The notes beneath the pieces were generated by a model that made no database searches, had not been told where the DNA came from, and was given only the letters and a program-made list of their open reading frames with translations. Below are positions 40,540 through 53,974 of a DNA stretch of 64,000 nt, piece after piece. The DNA is from the human T2T-CHM13v2.0 reference genome, Homo sapiens: the NCBI RefSeq assembly GCF_009914755.1, contig NC_060942.1. One strand, 5' to 3'. The position numbers were made by a program, and so were the translations under genes. Positions within the stretch are counted from its first letter, which is position 1; each line of letters begins with the position of its first letter.

Positions 40540-43084
40540 GTCAGGGGAGATTTTAGAGAAAACGTCTAGTTTATCCTAGGGCTTCGTGGATGTAAAAACC
40601 TTTAGAAAAAAAAATGAGATCTTTAGAGGAAAAAGGAAGGTGTATAATGTTTAAAAGGTGACTACCATTTGCAAAGGGAGGGTAAGTAAAATATATAGTC
40701 TAGAATTAAGAGCTTATCTTGAAGAGAAATGTGGGCTGTCAGGAATTTACCACTTGAATTACATGGAAATTTTCAATTGATAGGTTCAATGACTTCTGGA
40801 TTGAAGATGTGAAATTTAGGTAGATATGATTCTTTTGTTTTATAAAAAGTGTATGGACTATTAATGTGGAAGAAACACAAGCAGTCATCTCTCCCCTCAT
40901 TTACAGATGAAAAAGGGACAGCCATAAGTCATGGAACTGGAACCAGAACTCTGATCTAATTCTCAGGCCAATGTTCTTCCTCTTCTCCATGCTAGTTATA
41001 TTTTTCTTATTTCTCAGATGAGTAATACCAGATAACAGTAGGCCAAACCAACAATTTATTAGGACCCGGTGGTGAAAGCTAAGTAGTGAAATTCTTTGCT
41101 AAATTCTGTCTGAATCACTCGAATCTTCTCAATTTTGGAAATCTTTCTTGGGTGTTCAGATTATTCCCTAAGGCCCAACTTCTTTCGTTAGCCCTCGGTG
41201 GCGCAAATCACTACTGGTATCTTACAAAGTTTAGGGAGGCAGTTTTTCTCCTGAGTTCTGGTAGTTGTTATTTTCCACAGACAATGAAATTCTCCACACA
41301 CAGATTTGTGCCAGAAAATAATCTTCCATGTGTATCAATGTCGTAAGCAGTGACTGGCCTGGGCTGAGCATGCAAATAAGATTTGGCTTCGCTCAAATAA
41401 TTATTCCCTTAGTTACTTCACTCCTCTTTGCACTCCCCACAGGGACACTTGCACCAACCTAGCAGTAGCTCATGTGACCCACTTCCTTTCCTAGGCCAAC
41501 CAATACATTCAACCATCATCAAAACAATTTCTTGAAAGGAACCCAGTAATTCATAAGGTTAATTCAGTGCTCCCCTTCTAGGTGTGATAAAATTTATAAT
41601 AAGCCAGCATCATTAATACCATAAAATACTGAAGAGGCTAAAATGGAAATGTCATCTCAGAAGTCACCAAGGATTGAAAGTCATGTTTCATCTGAATGTT
41701 CATGGATATTGGTGGTAACTGAACACTTTCTGGCAACCCTGAGCCTATGTCTTGTGGATGGTTATCTACCTTGTTTATATGTTTGTTGGGTCATAAAAAC
41801 TCAATTCACTCATTTATTTATCAGTGGTTTAGGTGTCTTCCATTTGTATAGCACTGTCATTGCCTCATTAAAAGCTATAGCTGAGGAGAGGTGATGTTTA
41901 GAAATTGTCTAGTCTTCTGTCTTTATTTTACATACTATTAGGAAACCAAAACTCAGAGAAGTGAATTTTCTGAAGTCATGTCTGATGAACAAAGCTTACG
42001 ACAAAATCCTACTTCTGTGATCCAATCCAGACTCATCCATAGATTGTCTCAACCTTGATGGAAGTCAATTCATAAAATGTAATAATTGGAATTGCATCCC
42101 CAACACAAAACAGCTACTAAAGATTACAGCTGGTATTTGGCACTTTTACTGTTAAATAAACACTAAATTGACACTACCAACTGCCAAGTGCTTTCTCCTA
42201 ATTTGGAGAAAGTGATAATTTTAGGGAAAGTCACTCTTCTTTTTGAGTTTCAGTTTCTTAATAGTTTAGGATGAGGCAAGGCATAAAGAACAATGGGTCA
42301 ATGTCACACTGCTTTTAAAGGGGTAAAAATGGGAAGTCACATACTACCATTATTAAGATACCAATGTGATTAGCTGCCTGTGCAGTAATGAGTTTCTTAT
42401 TAGCTGTAGTATTCACCAACTACATGGCCCTTTGTCAGGGATACTGTATAAGACATTTTGAAATGGGTGGGAGATGGAGCTGGAAGATATATTTAATGTT
42501 TCTTCCATCTCTAAGATTCTGTGATCAGAAATACAAAATACTAAAGGAAAACCCACATCTGATCATTTAAATCTAGAAGCAATGACAATAACAACATGAA
42601 TGAGACATCATATAGGATGCCTAATCATAGTACTGGCTCAAGTATGGAAATTCAGTATCAATGTAATCACGGTTTTCCTTTCATCATCATGCAAGTAAGA
42701 GCCAAAGTGTCAAGAGTAAAGGAGATTGCCTGAAAATTTCTCTTTTTACAAAAAGGGAGAAAAGAAAAAAAAAAAAGGAAAAACTTACTGGATGGAAGTT
42801 GGAAGATGACTCAGCAAAATAACCCGAGAGAAGTCAGGTCTGCTGTGAACCCAGGTGTTTGGGTGCTGATGGGCTAGTGAAGAGGCCAATAAGTTGTCAG
42901 TGGCAACTTGGAAGGTTTTAGAACCTGACTTGGAACTTGAAGCATGCATGGATAATCACAAATAATTTTCAATTATTTTTCCACTAGTGATAACTACTAT
43001 TTAAAAGTAAATTTCCTTTAGATGCTTAGAAATGAAATGTATGGCTCTGTTTGCTAGCAACCTGGCTGTGATACTACAGAGAAT

Positions 43085-43230
43085 CCTAATGCATGAAGCT
43101 GAAAGAGGGCCCTGAGATGCTGCAACACAGCCCTGCATTTTGCACAAGAGGAAACTGAGCCCAAAAGTAGTGCAACCTGTCTCAGGACACATAGCTAATA
43201 AGTGACAGAGCTTAGATTAAGATCAAAGTC
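43085..43230 (-). mobile_element. MIR SINE
   Basis: cattttgcacaagaggaaactgagcccaaaag...acacatagctaataagtgacagagc. Confidence 0.7.
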
Positions 43231-44059
43231 ACCTGGTTTTATTTTGACTGAATTGGTGGTCATATATTAAACCATTTCCTGAGTTTCACTTTAAACGGTA
43301 TTATGGAGTAAGCCATTACCTCATGTGAGTGTATGTTACCAGGTCAATTTTTGCATTGATTATGTTTCCCTCCCACCCCAGGGCAGCCCCTGACCTGGGC
43401 TCATCATTTCTATTTTAAAGCACAGGGTAGATCAGATATGTACACCTAGGAAATGAGTTTTCTTCCTGGAAGGGAGCATGTCATAGAAGATCTCTCCCAC
43501 CATGTCAGCATCTCTATTAAGAATGACACTCACTCTGCCTTCCCCCAGTGATGACAGAGTCCTGGCCATTTTTCTTCTTTACTGATGGATTTCCAGGTGA
43601 CTGACAGATGGTTGTAAGGGTAATTCCTCCTCGACAATTTCCCTCAAATTCTATTCTTTGCTCCACCATTTTCCTAACTACTATCTTGAGAATAATTGTT
43701 CTAGGGGGACCACTCTAGCAAGGTTACACATATTCTCTAATTTGCACATTTCTCTCAGAACTGGGAAGAAATGAAACCCTGCTAAAGTGGAGAGAGTCTG
43801 CCAGAATCACCGCTTAAAAAAAAGGCAGAGTTTGAATGTCAGTCCTAAATTGTCATCCGTCCCTGCTTCGTTCCACTTCTAATAATAGTCTCATGTACCC
43901 TTCTGCACACACACGCTCATGTGCTTATTAACAGAGAATTCAGGAAAGAACGGGTCTTGACCAAAAACACAAGAATTGGATCCTAGGATGGTGCATTAAA
44001 AATTGGGCAGGGTAGCAGGGGACAGGAGAAGGACTGGACATGTTTAAAATATGTGAGAA

Positions 44060-44830
44060 AAGGAACAACCCACTGGATGGATGGATCATGCATATGAACA
44101 GAGAGCTAACAGAAAAGGAAATGCAAAAGGCTCTTAAATGAAAAGATGCATGAGCTCATACATAATAAGGGAAATGGAAATGAAAATCACACTGCAATCC
44201 CATTTTTTACTTATCAGATTGGCAAAAATCCACAAGATCACAAACATACCCTGTTGTCAAGGCTGTGGGGAAACAGACCCTTTTTAGACATTGCTGGTGG
44301 GAATTTAAATGAGTACAACCCCGATGAAGGGCAATTTGGTGATATCTGTCAAAATTACAAATGCAAATACCCTTTGACCTGTAATCCCAGTCCTGGGAAT
44401 TTATCCCACAGATATACTTGCACAGGTGCAAAATGATATACCTACAAGGTTGTTAATTGCAGCCTTGTTTGTAATAGCAAAGGACTGGAAACACACCAGA
44501 AGTCTGTCAATAAGGGCCTTTAAAATAAATCATCATATATCCACACAGTGAAATAATACGTAACTTTAAAAAAGGAAGGAGTTCTCTGTATACTAATTTA
44601 AAAAGCTCCCCAAGATATTTTTTAAAAAGGTAAAAAAAAGTGTCATAATATACTATATTTAGTGATTTGAAATGTAGGGGTAAGAAAACGTTTAAAAAAA
44701 AAATCCTCTGGAAGATTCAGGTGTGGGCAATACCATTAGTTGCATGTGGCAATGCTGAGGTCTTTGTGTGTTAACTGGGCAGGTGGGGAAAAAGGAATGG
44801 GTCTCTTCATACTGTTGAACTTTTGTGACT
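44060..44830 (+). mobile_element. L1ME-type LINE-1 3' fragment
   Basis: catatgaacaga...acagaaaaggaaatgcaaa...atcagattggcaaaaat...cattgctggtgggaat... L1 ORF2 end and 3'UTR. Confidence 0.8.
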
Positions 44831-45442
44831 TATGAGTGGATCATGTTCCATGGAAAATAGGACCACAGGCCTAAGATCTTGAATAAGCTGTTTTCTAAGG
44901 TGACAGGCAGAAAAAAAAATAAGACTCAGGTTCAGTAAGTCACACCACAAGCTGTTCGCTGAGACGGGTTACAACATTGTGGAATATTCTGTGGTGCTGA
45001 CTTATTATTGGGCCATGAGGTGAGCAACCTTGAAGAGCCTGCTGTAAAGGGTGCTGACAGCACACTTTTGAAAGGGGTTATATTGTTTGTTCAGGGGAGT
45101 AAAACATAAGGGTCTTATCAGCTTGCTGTGCCCTTAATTGGCAGTCTATTTGACAAGTAGCTCTGTCTGTTATAAGGGGCTGATTGCTTCTTCAAGTATC
45201 TGGTCAAATAAATAAAATTTTTAAACTATACCATACGACAATTCTCTGGCTAATAACCTTCTATTACTGCCCTGTAAAATTCATGTGAAGAAACGGAATG
45301 GAGAATATATCCTTGCAACCAGGTAAAAGGATGCCAATGAGCAGACTGCCAAGGAGGCTCTACTGAGGTCTACACTGGCTGTCCGCCTCTGCCAACCCCT
45401 AGGAAGAGAATGAGCTTGCCCACTCGAAGTTGTAAGCACAGC

Positions 45443-45680
45443 TAATAATCACTAAGGTTCCTAAGCACCAGGCATCAGCAGGAATACTTTGCAAATGCTA
45501 ATTCACTGAATTCTCACAACCACAATATGTGATAAGTAATATTTATATTTCCATTTTATATATGAAGAAACTGTGCACAGAAAACTTGCTCAAGTCTCCT
45601 TAGCTAGCAAAGAAACAGAAGAGGGATTTGAACCCAGGCAGTCTAATTCCAGAGTCTTTGTAATCTTAACCCCAATCCTA
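45443..45680 (-). mobile_element. MIR SINE
   Basis: ccattttatatatgaagaaactg...gggatttgaacccaggcagtct. Confidence 0.8.
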
Positions 45681-45894
45681 GCCCCTTTCTCTGGTTGAGA
45701 AACAGGATTTGCACCATATAGAAAATTTCCACACAATTAGTAGTCATTGTCCAGACTGAATTTTTTTCTTCACTTCCTCCCATTCCCAACTAATACTTCC
45801 ATTTCTATGGCTACTCACAGATGGAAACCCCCAGAATAACATTTTTTACAATCCTCGCTAGAAAAATAGGAAAGAAAGGCTAAAGCTAACAAAA

Positions 45895-47130
45895 TGTCTT
45901 ATTTGACGTTGTTGACCATTACTCCTTCCAGAAGCCCCCTCTTCCTGTGGCTGCATTCACACACCCTCTCCTGATTTTCTCTCTGCATTGTGGACTTTTC
46001 TCACCTAATATGATTTGCTGGCTCATTCTCTTCCCTAGCCAATGAATGTGGAGTTCCACATGGCTCAGTCCTAACCCACTTCTCTATGCAAGTTAATTCC
46101 TCTTTCTTGGAGATCTCAAAGATGTCCAGAGCACAGGTCCATTTGCCAAAGACTCACAAATCTCCCAAATTAAGCCCAAACCTTTATTTTGAGCTCCAGA
46201 TCAGTATTTTAACTGCCTTTTGACATTTCTACTTGGATGTCTTCATGGCTCCTCTAATTGCAATCTTACTAAAAATAACCTCATGCTTTTTCCTTCCAAA
46301 ACTATTTTTTAAACTTATCTCAATGAAAAACTCTACTAGCAAAGCTGCACAAACCAGGACCTAAGGGGCATGCTTGACTCCTCACTCTTCTTTGTCTCCA
46401 TTCTTCCAGCACATTTTGTTATGTTGCTCTTCATAAAATCTCTCCATTCTGCCCACTTCCTGCCATTCCTACTCAACTACCCTGGTAGAAGCTACTATCT
46501 TCTCTCATGCATTCCACTAGCCCCTAGCTGGTCTAACTGTGTCCGTGGTTGACACCCTAATTCATGTTCTTCTCACCAATCAGGTTGATCATCTGAAGAC
46601 CAATTCTAGCATATCAATCACTACACTGCTTAAAACCTGGTTAGCGGCATTTCATTGGTTTTAGAATGAAGATCAGTGTCCTTAAAAAGAGCTGGCAGGG
46701 CCCTACCTGAGCTGGCCTAGGCTACTTTTCCAAAGCCTTGCATTTTATCCTCCCTTTTATACATCGTGTTCCAGCCGCAGATTTTCTTTTAGTCCTGCCT
46801 CAGTGTGTGTTGCATGTCCTGTTTCCCGCATCTGGAATGCTCTCCCTCCCATTCTTTTGAATAACTCCCATTCACCCTTCAATTATCAGATTAAATGTTA
46901 GTGCCAGAGGAGTCTTCCTTGATCACTTCCAATATTCACTCCATTACTCTTTCCCCTCACAATATACAATAATTCACAACTATATATTTGTGGGATTATT
47001 TGTGGGTCCTTCCTGAGACATGAGATCAGATCTATTTTATTAGTAGTTTATTACTAGTGCTTGGCATAGAGTAGACATGCAATTCATAGTTACTAAATAG
47101 CCATTTGTTTTGAATGAATAAATGGATAAA
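45895..47130 (+). mobile_element. L2 LINE, 3' part of RT to tail
   Basis: atttgacgttgttgacc... (RT region), gagctccagatcagtatt...acatttctacttggatgtc, and tail cttggcatagagtagac...tgaatgaataaatgg. Confidence 0.8.
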
Positions 47131-49139
47131 TGGAAGGGTAAGCCGAAGTAAAGATTTTTAGATGAAGGCAGAGTAAGGACACTGGTACCATGATATCCCC
47201 AGGTTTTTCATGTATTTCAAAGATGAAGTTATAGAAGATGGAGAAGTTCCATATCAGAAAAATGTCTTCTTCAGCCTATGCTTCAGCCCAATGTTCAGCT
47301 GCAAACCCAAGATTCTACTCATACCCAGGAAGGTAGAGAGAAGAACCACAGGTAAACAACACAGCCTGCTCAGGGGTAACCAGAAGATTGGGCTCCATGT
47401 CTCTTCCAGGAAGAAGCAATTTGTTTATTATTAGAATCCATAAACACATAAAACACTTAAAGCAATAGTAAATTTGCATATCAAAACATAAGAAAAGTGA
47501 ACAGCTATGAAAAACCATTTAATATAGAAACAAGATGAAAATTTGAAAACAGTTTTGCATTCTTAAGCACTAGAATTCAGTCTACATAAAAGAGTGACAG
47601 TCATATTAGGAAGGAAAGTAATGAAATAAAAACATAAGTAGATGAAATGAGAGATGAGTAAGATTAAAAAAATGCAAGAAAACATAGCAGAATAAAAGCA
47701 CACGTTATTGGCATTAAAGAACAAGAAAAAAATAATAAGCCAGTAATTTAGAGAACACCTGAGAAGTTTTACATTAATATGAAATGAAAGCAAAGATATA
47801 AATACCTCTGAGTAGAAAAAATAGCAAAAGAATTATAGGCATTCCTGAGGAAGGAGCTAGAATAATTGGAATAGAATCACTAGTAAAATATGCAATGATA
47901 ATAATATTTAACTTTTATCAATCCCTTGTGTTGTGCCAGGTCTGTGCTAAAACATCACCATAAGCACATAATTACTGCTGCATGGAATAGTACAAGTGGA
48001 AGCAAAGTTTTATTTCTACAAATAAGAAAACCAAGGCACCAAGAGGCAAAGTAATTTGCAAAAGATTCAACTTACACATGAGAAATCCTTGATGCATACC
48101 CTAGCTCTAGTACCTGTGTTCCTAGTTACCATGATTACTTAATAAAATATTTTTGAGCTGAAGAAAACATCTGATCATGTAGATGGAAGGTGTTAATCAC
48201 TTTCTCAGTAAAGTTGATCATTAGAAAACTACTACAAGTCTACAGAGAAATTTGTAAAATAGATGGTTGCTGGAAATGTAACCTGGAGAATCCCTGTCTC
48301 TGACAGATATAGGTAAACAGTCTTTAATCCCCAAGTCTGTTGCCTGAGACAAAATGAAGTCTTCCCAAGTGACTTCTAAAATTTCCCAGGGAGTTTGCTT
48401 CCTCTTTAGCCTCTTCCCAGACACTGCCCATTCCACCCTTATCAATTTGCATGGTAGACTCAGGCCCTTCATCAATTTCTATGGATCCTGTATCATAGCA
48501 CACCAAACAATCTATTTGCATCTATGAGTTTAGAGGTTTGAGAAAGGTCGGAGAGGCCATTGCAGAGCATGATGTGGCCTTCTGTCATCGCACTGGCTTC
48601 CCTCTCTCCCATCAGCCCATTTCTCTCCTCTCTCCCACCATGGCCTCAGGCTGGAAGTCTAACCAGCTTCCTTTGCCATAGGAACATGCCTTCAGAGTCT
48701 CACCTTTTAGCTCTGGCAGTTTCTTAATGCACTCTTTTGAAGAAGGAAAACAAAAACAAAACACAGGGTTCTTCCTAAAAGTTATTCTGTGAATAATGCT
48801 TTTGCCACATTGTAAGAAGAATAAAGATTTTAAAAATTCTCCTAAACATCCAGCTGACATCAGACCTTTCCTCAGTGTCACTGAATGCCGAAGGAGAACA
48901 CAGCAAGGTTATAGCATAATTTCTATTTGTTTAAAGAATATTCTCCAGGTGAACTTAAACACAATTAATCTGGATTTCATAAATGAAGTAAAAACCATTC
49001 TCTGGCATATAAGGGTTCAGAAAATATACCATAAAAGTACTGTTTTTGAAAAAAAAAATTGACAACCTATAGAAAGATTAACTAAAATTGAGAACTTAGA
49101 AATGATAGGAAGCAGAGCAGATCTAAAAAAAAAAAAATG

Positions 49140-49459
49140 GGCTGGGCACAATGGCTCATACCTGTAATTCCTGCACTTTCAGAGGCCAAGGCAGGTGGAT
49201 TGCTTGAGCCCAGGAGTTCGAGGCCAGCCTGGACATCCTAGTGAGACCTTGACTCTATAAAAAATAAACGAAAAATTAGCCAAGTACGGTGGCACACACC
49301 TGTAGTTCCAGACACTCAGGAGGCTGAGGTGGGAGAATAGCTTGAGTCTGGGAGGTTGAGGCTGCAGTGAGACGTGATAGTACCAATGCACTCCAGCCTT
49401 TTCCACAGTGTGAGACCCTGTCTGAAAAAGAGAAAAAAACAAACAAACAAACAAAAAAC
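49140..49459 (+). mobile_element. AluJ SINE
   Basis: ggattgcttgagcccaggagttcgagg...ggaggttgaggctgcagtgag...gagaccctgtct; (CAAA)n tail. Confidence 0.92.
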
Positions 49460-49461
49460 AT

Positions 49462-49690
49462 GGGCCTGGAGCCTGATTGACTGCTGGGTTTTAAGTCCTG
49501 TCTCTGTTGCTAACGAGTCATGTGACTGGAGCAAGTTATTATCTCTGTGCCTCTGTTCATCTGTAAAATGAGGACAATATTAGCACTCATCTCATAGGGC
49601 TGTTGTGAGGATTAATTGAGTTATTATTCTAATGTACTTAAAATTCTTGGTACCTAGAAATGACCATGCAGGTATTTGTTGATTATAATA
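49462..49690 (+). mobile_element. MIR SINE
   Basis: gcaagttatt...ctctgtgcctctgttcatctgtaaaatgagg...ctcatagggctgttgtgaggattaa. Confidence 0.85.
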
Positions 49691-52324
49691 AGAAATGTGG
49701 AAGTTGAAGTATAAAAAATATGGGAAAATAAGCACTGAAATCATTCACTTAAACATAGAATTAAAACTGAATAATTCTTGTAAATGTAGTAGCTTAAAAA
49801 TAATGTCAATGTTACAGAATTTGAGACATGAGTTAAGAATTGCAAAAAGAATAGTGATTTATTAACAGACTTTGTAAAAAATCTCAGTTTATATTTTAAA
49901 GGAAAAAGGGGTATCAAGGAAGTATAATAAAACCATGCTAAATCCCTTCCCATATTCAACTTAGGATTCAAGAGATTCCATTCCATGTTTTTCTTTAATA
50001 GTTATAGAAATATCAACTAAAACTTAGTGAAATGATATTTTTGAAAAACGGAAGAATTCAGAACATGATATAATCCTTTCAAGTCTCTGGGACATATAAA
50101 ATCAAACAATATATTTTGCATAGCAAAATAAGAAAATAAAAAAGTTTACTGAAGCATAATGAATAGAAAATGGGAAGCAATGTATTATTCAGAGACACTC
50201 TTGGGTCATCTAGGGTGAGAAGGGGATTCAGGGAAGAAGGGGCACAGGACACTGTCCTAGCCGACTGGATGGAGACCTGGTATGCTGCACCACTGTGGGC
50301 CTGGCTGTACTCTGCTCTCCAGCCTCAGGTAGCTCCCCAACCATAGGACTTGTTCCCTCACTGGTTCACCACTGCAGGCCATCACTGTGTCCACGTCACT
50401 GTTTAATGTCCCCAGATGCCACCAACCGATTGCTCTCTCATCTCCTCTCCTCCACAGGACTTGCACACGAAGTCTGTATGTCCGTAGGGCTTTGTACATC
50501 ACTCTTGCAAAAGGACTCTCTTCGTCTTGCTTTCAGACTTCTTCAGGTGAGGGAATAATTGAGTTGCCCACTCAACACTCTATGGGGTAACCTGCTGAGA
50601 TATCGGGTGCAGCCATTTCAGAGGCTCTCTTTGGATCAAGTGCCACTCCCTGCTCAGGGTGGCAGAGGTACAAAGCCTCAGGAAGGTGGTGTGGGTGGGG
50701 CAGGCACTGTGGCCTCACAGAGGGAGGTAGTTTCACACACTGGGTCACCGCGTGGTCTTTTCAATTACCTCCATGGAGGGCCAAATAAAAGATGGCAAGA
50801 GGGAATGTAACTTCTTCCAAACCTGCTTTTATCAGGCTCTTGGTTTATAAAATTCCCAGATACATATGTAACAGAATCAAGCAAATTCAAGCATAAAAAA
50901 ATGACAATATTAATTTCAGATAAACTAAAATTAAAAGAAATTGCACAAAATAAGATAAAGGGTCCATTGTAATTGATAAATGATGTCTTCTGAAACAGAT
51001 TTATGTACCAATTAATAACATCAAAATGTATTTGAAACTCATAAGAAATATAAAAAGAAATTTACAGAAAAACAGTTTAATATATCTGTGCGACTCTTTA
51101 TTAAGTAGATTAAGATAATTTGAATATAATAATGAGTTTCCATTAATATGTATTAAACAAGAGTTTATTTTTTAACCTGTGCCATTTCTCTTTAAAAACT
51201 TGGGTTAAGAGGAAATCAAAAGTACAATTACAAACTGGTTAAAAAGTTCCTAAAACGAGAGAGTATTTATCAAAATATATGATTTATGGCCAAAAGAGAA
51301 TCATTGGCAAATTCACACCATTATATGTTTTTGTTTATTAAGCAATAAGAAAGTAATTAAGCAGCCAAGTAAGTTTCAGAGGATTACCACACTAATCTAA
51401 AAAATAAAGAGAGTAAAATAGTATGTATAAAATAAAAATCAATGAATTATGAAATAGGAAAATTAGATAAACAGACTTTTAAAAATAATATTTGGTACGT
51501 TAGAAAAAATAATCACAATAAATGACCTTAGGAAAATTGAATCAGGAAAAAAAGATAGGATAAGAGACACAGTACTTTTAAAGTAACACAATACTGTATA
51601 AAATGCTATAGTGATAAATTCAAAGAAATGGATCGTTTTCTTGAAAAAGACCTTTCAACATTGATTTAAAAGGAAAAAATAACTGAAAAAAATTGTTAAA
51701 GACTGTAGCTGATTTGAAAAATGTGTTATTTCAAACTTTGAAAAGATAAATAATTCTCATGTTTTACCAGAGCATAGAAAAATATAAAAAGTAATTAGTA
51801 AAAAAATTGACTTTAAAACTCCTAAGGCCAACGAGAGTATTTTATAATACAGAAAAGATACATAGACATCAGAAGCTTTCCTATGTTTCACAAAGAAACA
51901 GAAACTATTATAAAAAACAAGTCCTTTTAAAAAATAAATACAAAAATATATAAAGCAACAACAAAAAATATATAAAGTAGAAGAGTATAAAATGTGCTAT
52001 AGTTTCATTAAGAAAAATCACACAGTTGTCTGAAAAGCATGAAATATGACTTAATACATGAGAAATATGCTACATTTGTACATAGGAAAATTCATATAAA
52101 TATGACAGTTCTTCTGATTGTAATTTATAGGTTAATTCAATCTGAAGTGATTCTAGAATTTATCTGGAAGAATAAAGGCTACAGATTGCCAAGAAATTTT
52201 TTTTAAATAAAAATCATGAGGGAATAATTAAAACAGTACCGTATTGGTGCTAGACTTGACAGATTGGTGACTAGAACAGTATAAATGGCCAAAAACAGAG
52301 ACTGGTATAGATTAGAATTATGAA

Positions 52325-53692
52325 CAGTTAGATTTGGAAATGTAGTTCCTGGGTCCATCTGTTCATAAGCCCAAGTGATGATGAGGGTACTGTTTGCGCT
52401 GGCTTCCCCCAGTGCATTCCCACTGAACCAGATTGAGAGGTCGTCTTTCAGTGCTTTAAACCCAGGCACACCCTTCAGCTTCTTGCTGATCCTCCTGCAA
52501 TGGCTTATCCTTTAGGAAACCATGTCAGTTCCGTGAAGGCTGATAACACCTCTTGGGGTAGGCCGCTCCCTCCTTGAACATCTCTGTATGTGCTTGGAGA
52601 CCCTCAGCAGTTAACCTCACCTTTTATCTTGCTGCACACTTTGATGTGCTGATTTGAATGAGCCTTGAAGTGGGATGGATCAGCAGCCTACTCGCACCAT
52701 ATAAAGCTTTTATTTTCTCAAACTCCTATCCTCTCAGAACATTTACCAAACAAGCCACTGATGTTGATCATGTTTCTTTAGCCCACATCCAAAATATTTC
52801 CCATTAGCTTTGTTAGTGTAGATTATTGTTTATTGCAGAGGAGTCTGACACTTTCCTAGGTTGCACAATTTGCTTTTGTCCATCTGAGCCTTTTCTTTCC
52901 TTTCTTTTCCTTTTCTTTCTTTCTTTTTCTTTTTTTCTGTCTTTATTTCTTTCTCTCTTTCTCTCTGTCTCTCCTTCTCTCTTTCTTTTCTTTCTCTCTT
53001 TCTTTCTTTTCTTTCTTTCAAGACAGGGCCTTGCTCTGTGGCTCAGGCTGGATGGAGTGCAGTGGTGTGATCATAGCTCACTGCAGCATCCAACTCCTGG
53101 GCCAAGCTATCCACCTCTCAGCCTCCCAACAAGCTGGAACTGTAGGCAGCACCACCTCACCTGGCTAATTTTCTAATTTTTTTTTTTTTTTTTTTTTTTT
53201 TTTTGTGAGACATGGAGTCTCATATGTTGCCCAGGCTAGTCTCAAACTCCTGCCCTCAAGCAATCCTCCAATCTCGGGCTCCCAAAGTGCTGAGATTACA
53301 GGCATGAGCCACCATGCCCAGCCATCAGAGTCATTTCTGACTGTGGAACTATTCATTCTACACATGTGTGCAATATTTACAAGTTTCTGAGTGCTTGCAA
53401 TCATTAGTAATGTTCTATTTTTTAAAACTGCTTAAAAATGATCTCTACTTTTGTTTCTGTCATTATCTTACTATAGTCACACTGCTATTGTGTTTATCTG
53501 ATATAATAGGGTTAATGATGTTAGAAAACTCAAATTTAGCAATGAAAAAAGCAAATACATGTAGTAAGTTAACTAAAATTACCACAGGTGACCACTAATG
53601 CCACTCTTTGGTGGCAAATGCAGTCAAAATACTCTTGCTCTGAAACATAGCTTGATTCCTATTTAAGTTCATAAGCAGAGGAGATTCTACAA
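52325..53692 (-). mobile_element. TcMar-Tigger (pogo-like) DNA transposon relic, N-terminal half of transposase, split by AluJ
   Basis: ORF 52203..52469(-) PGFKALKDDLSIWFSGNALGE matches Tigger PGFKAxKDRLTLLLGxNAxGD; ORF 53165..53404(-) [19 protein letters not shown] matches the N-terminal psq-type HTH. Confidence 0.7.
52891..53323 (-). mobile_element. AluJ SINE with expanded (CTTT)n tail and long T linker
   Basis: Antisense Alu 53017-53323 (tcatagctcactgcagc; J type) plus CT-rich tail; imperfect TSD catctgagcc/catcagagtc. Confidence 0.9.
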
Positions 53693-53974
53693 CAATGTCA
53701 TCACCAATCAGGAGTAATAAAAAATGAAGAAGTGGCTTGTGCAGACACAGTACTTAATTATTTAGAATGGGGATAAAGTTAGATCCTTGTCTCACACCAG
53801 GCCCACAAAATAATTCCACATGGATGAACCATGTTAATTTAAAACACTGAGATGCCAAGGAAGAAAAGGTAACTACTGACTTACTTAATCCTGCAATAGA
53901 AAACCACTTTTTAAGTATAAAAGTAAAGGAAAAAAATCACATATAATAACTGAAATATTAAACAAGGCATAAGT

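Larger units (their letters stand above)
47400..53950 (+). mobile_element. Highly decayed L1ME-type LINE-1, fragmented by MIR, Alu, LTR-like and Tigger insertions
   Basis: A-rich L1-like stretches: ORF1-like 47.4-48.3 kb, ORF2-like 50.9-52.3 kb, resuming at 53.7 kb (aaagttagatccttgtctcacacc = KLDPxLTP). Confidence 0.55.

Noticed and set aside
53598-53616. tgccac...gtggca palindrome as a CTCF site
   Set aside because: Poor match to the core motif, and it lies inside the Tigger relic.
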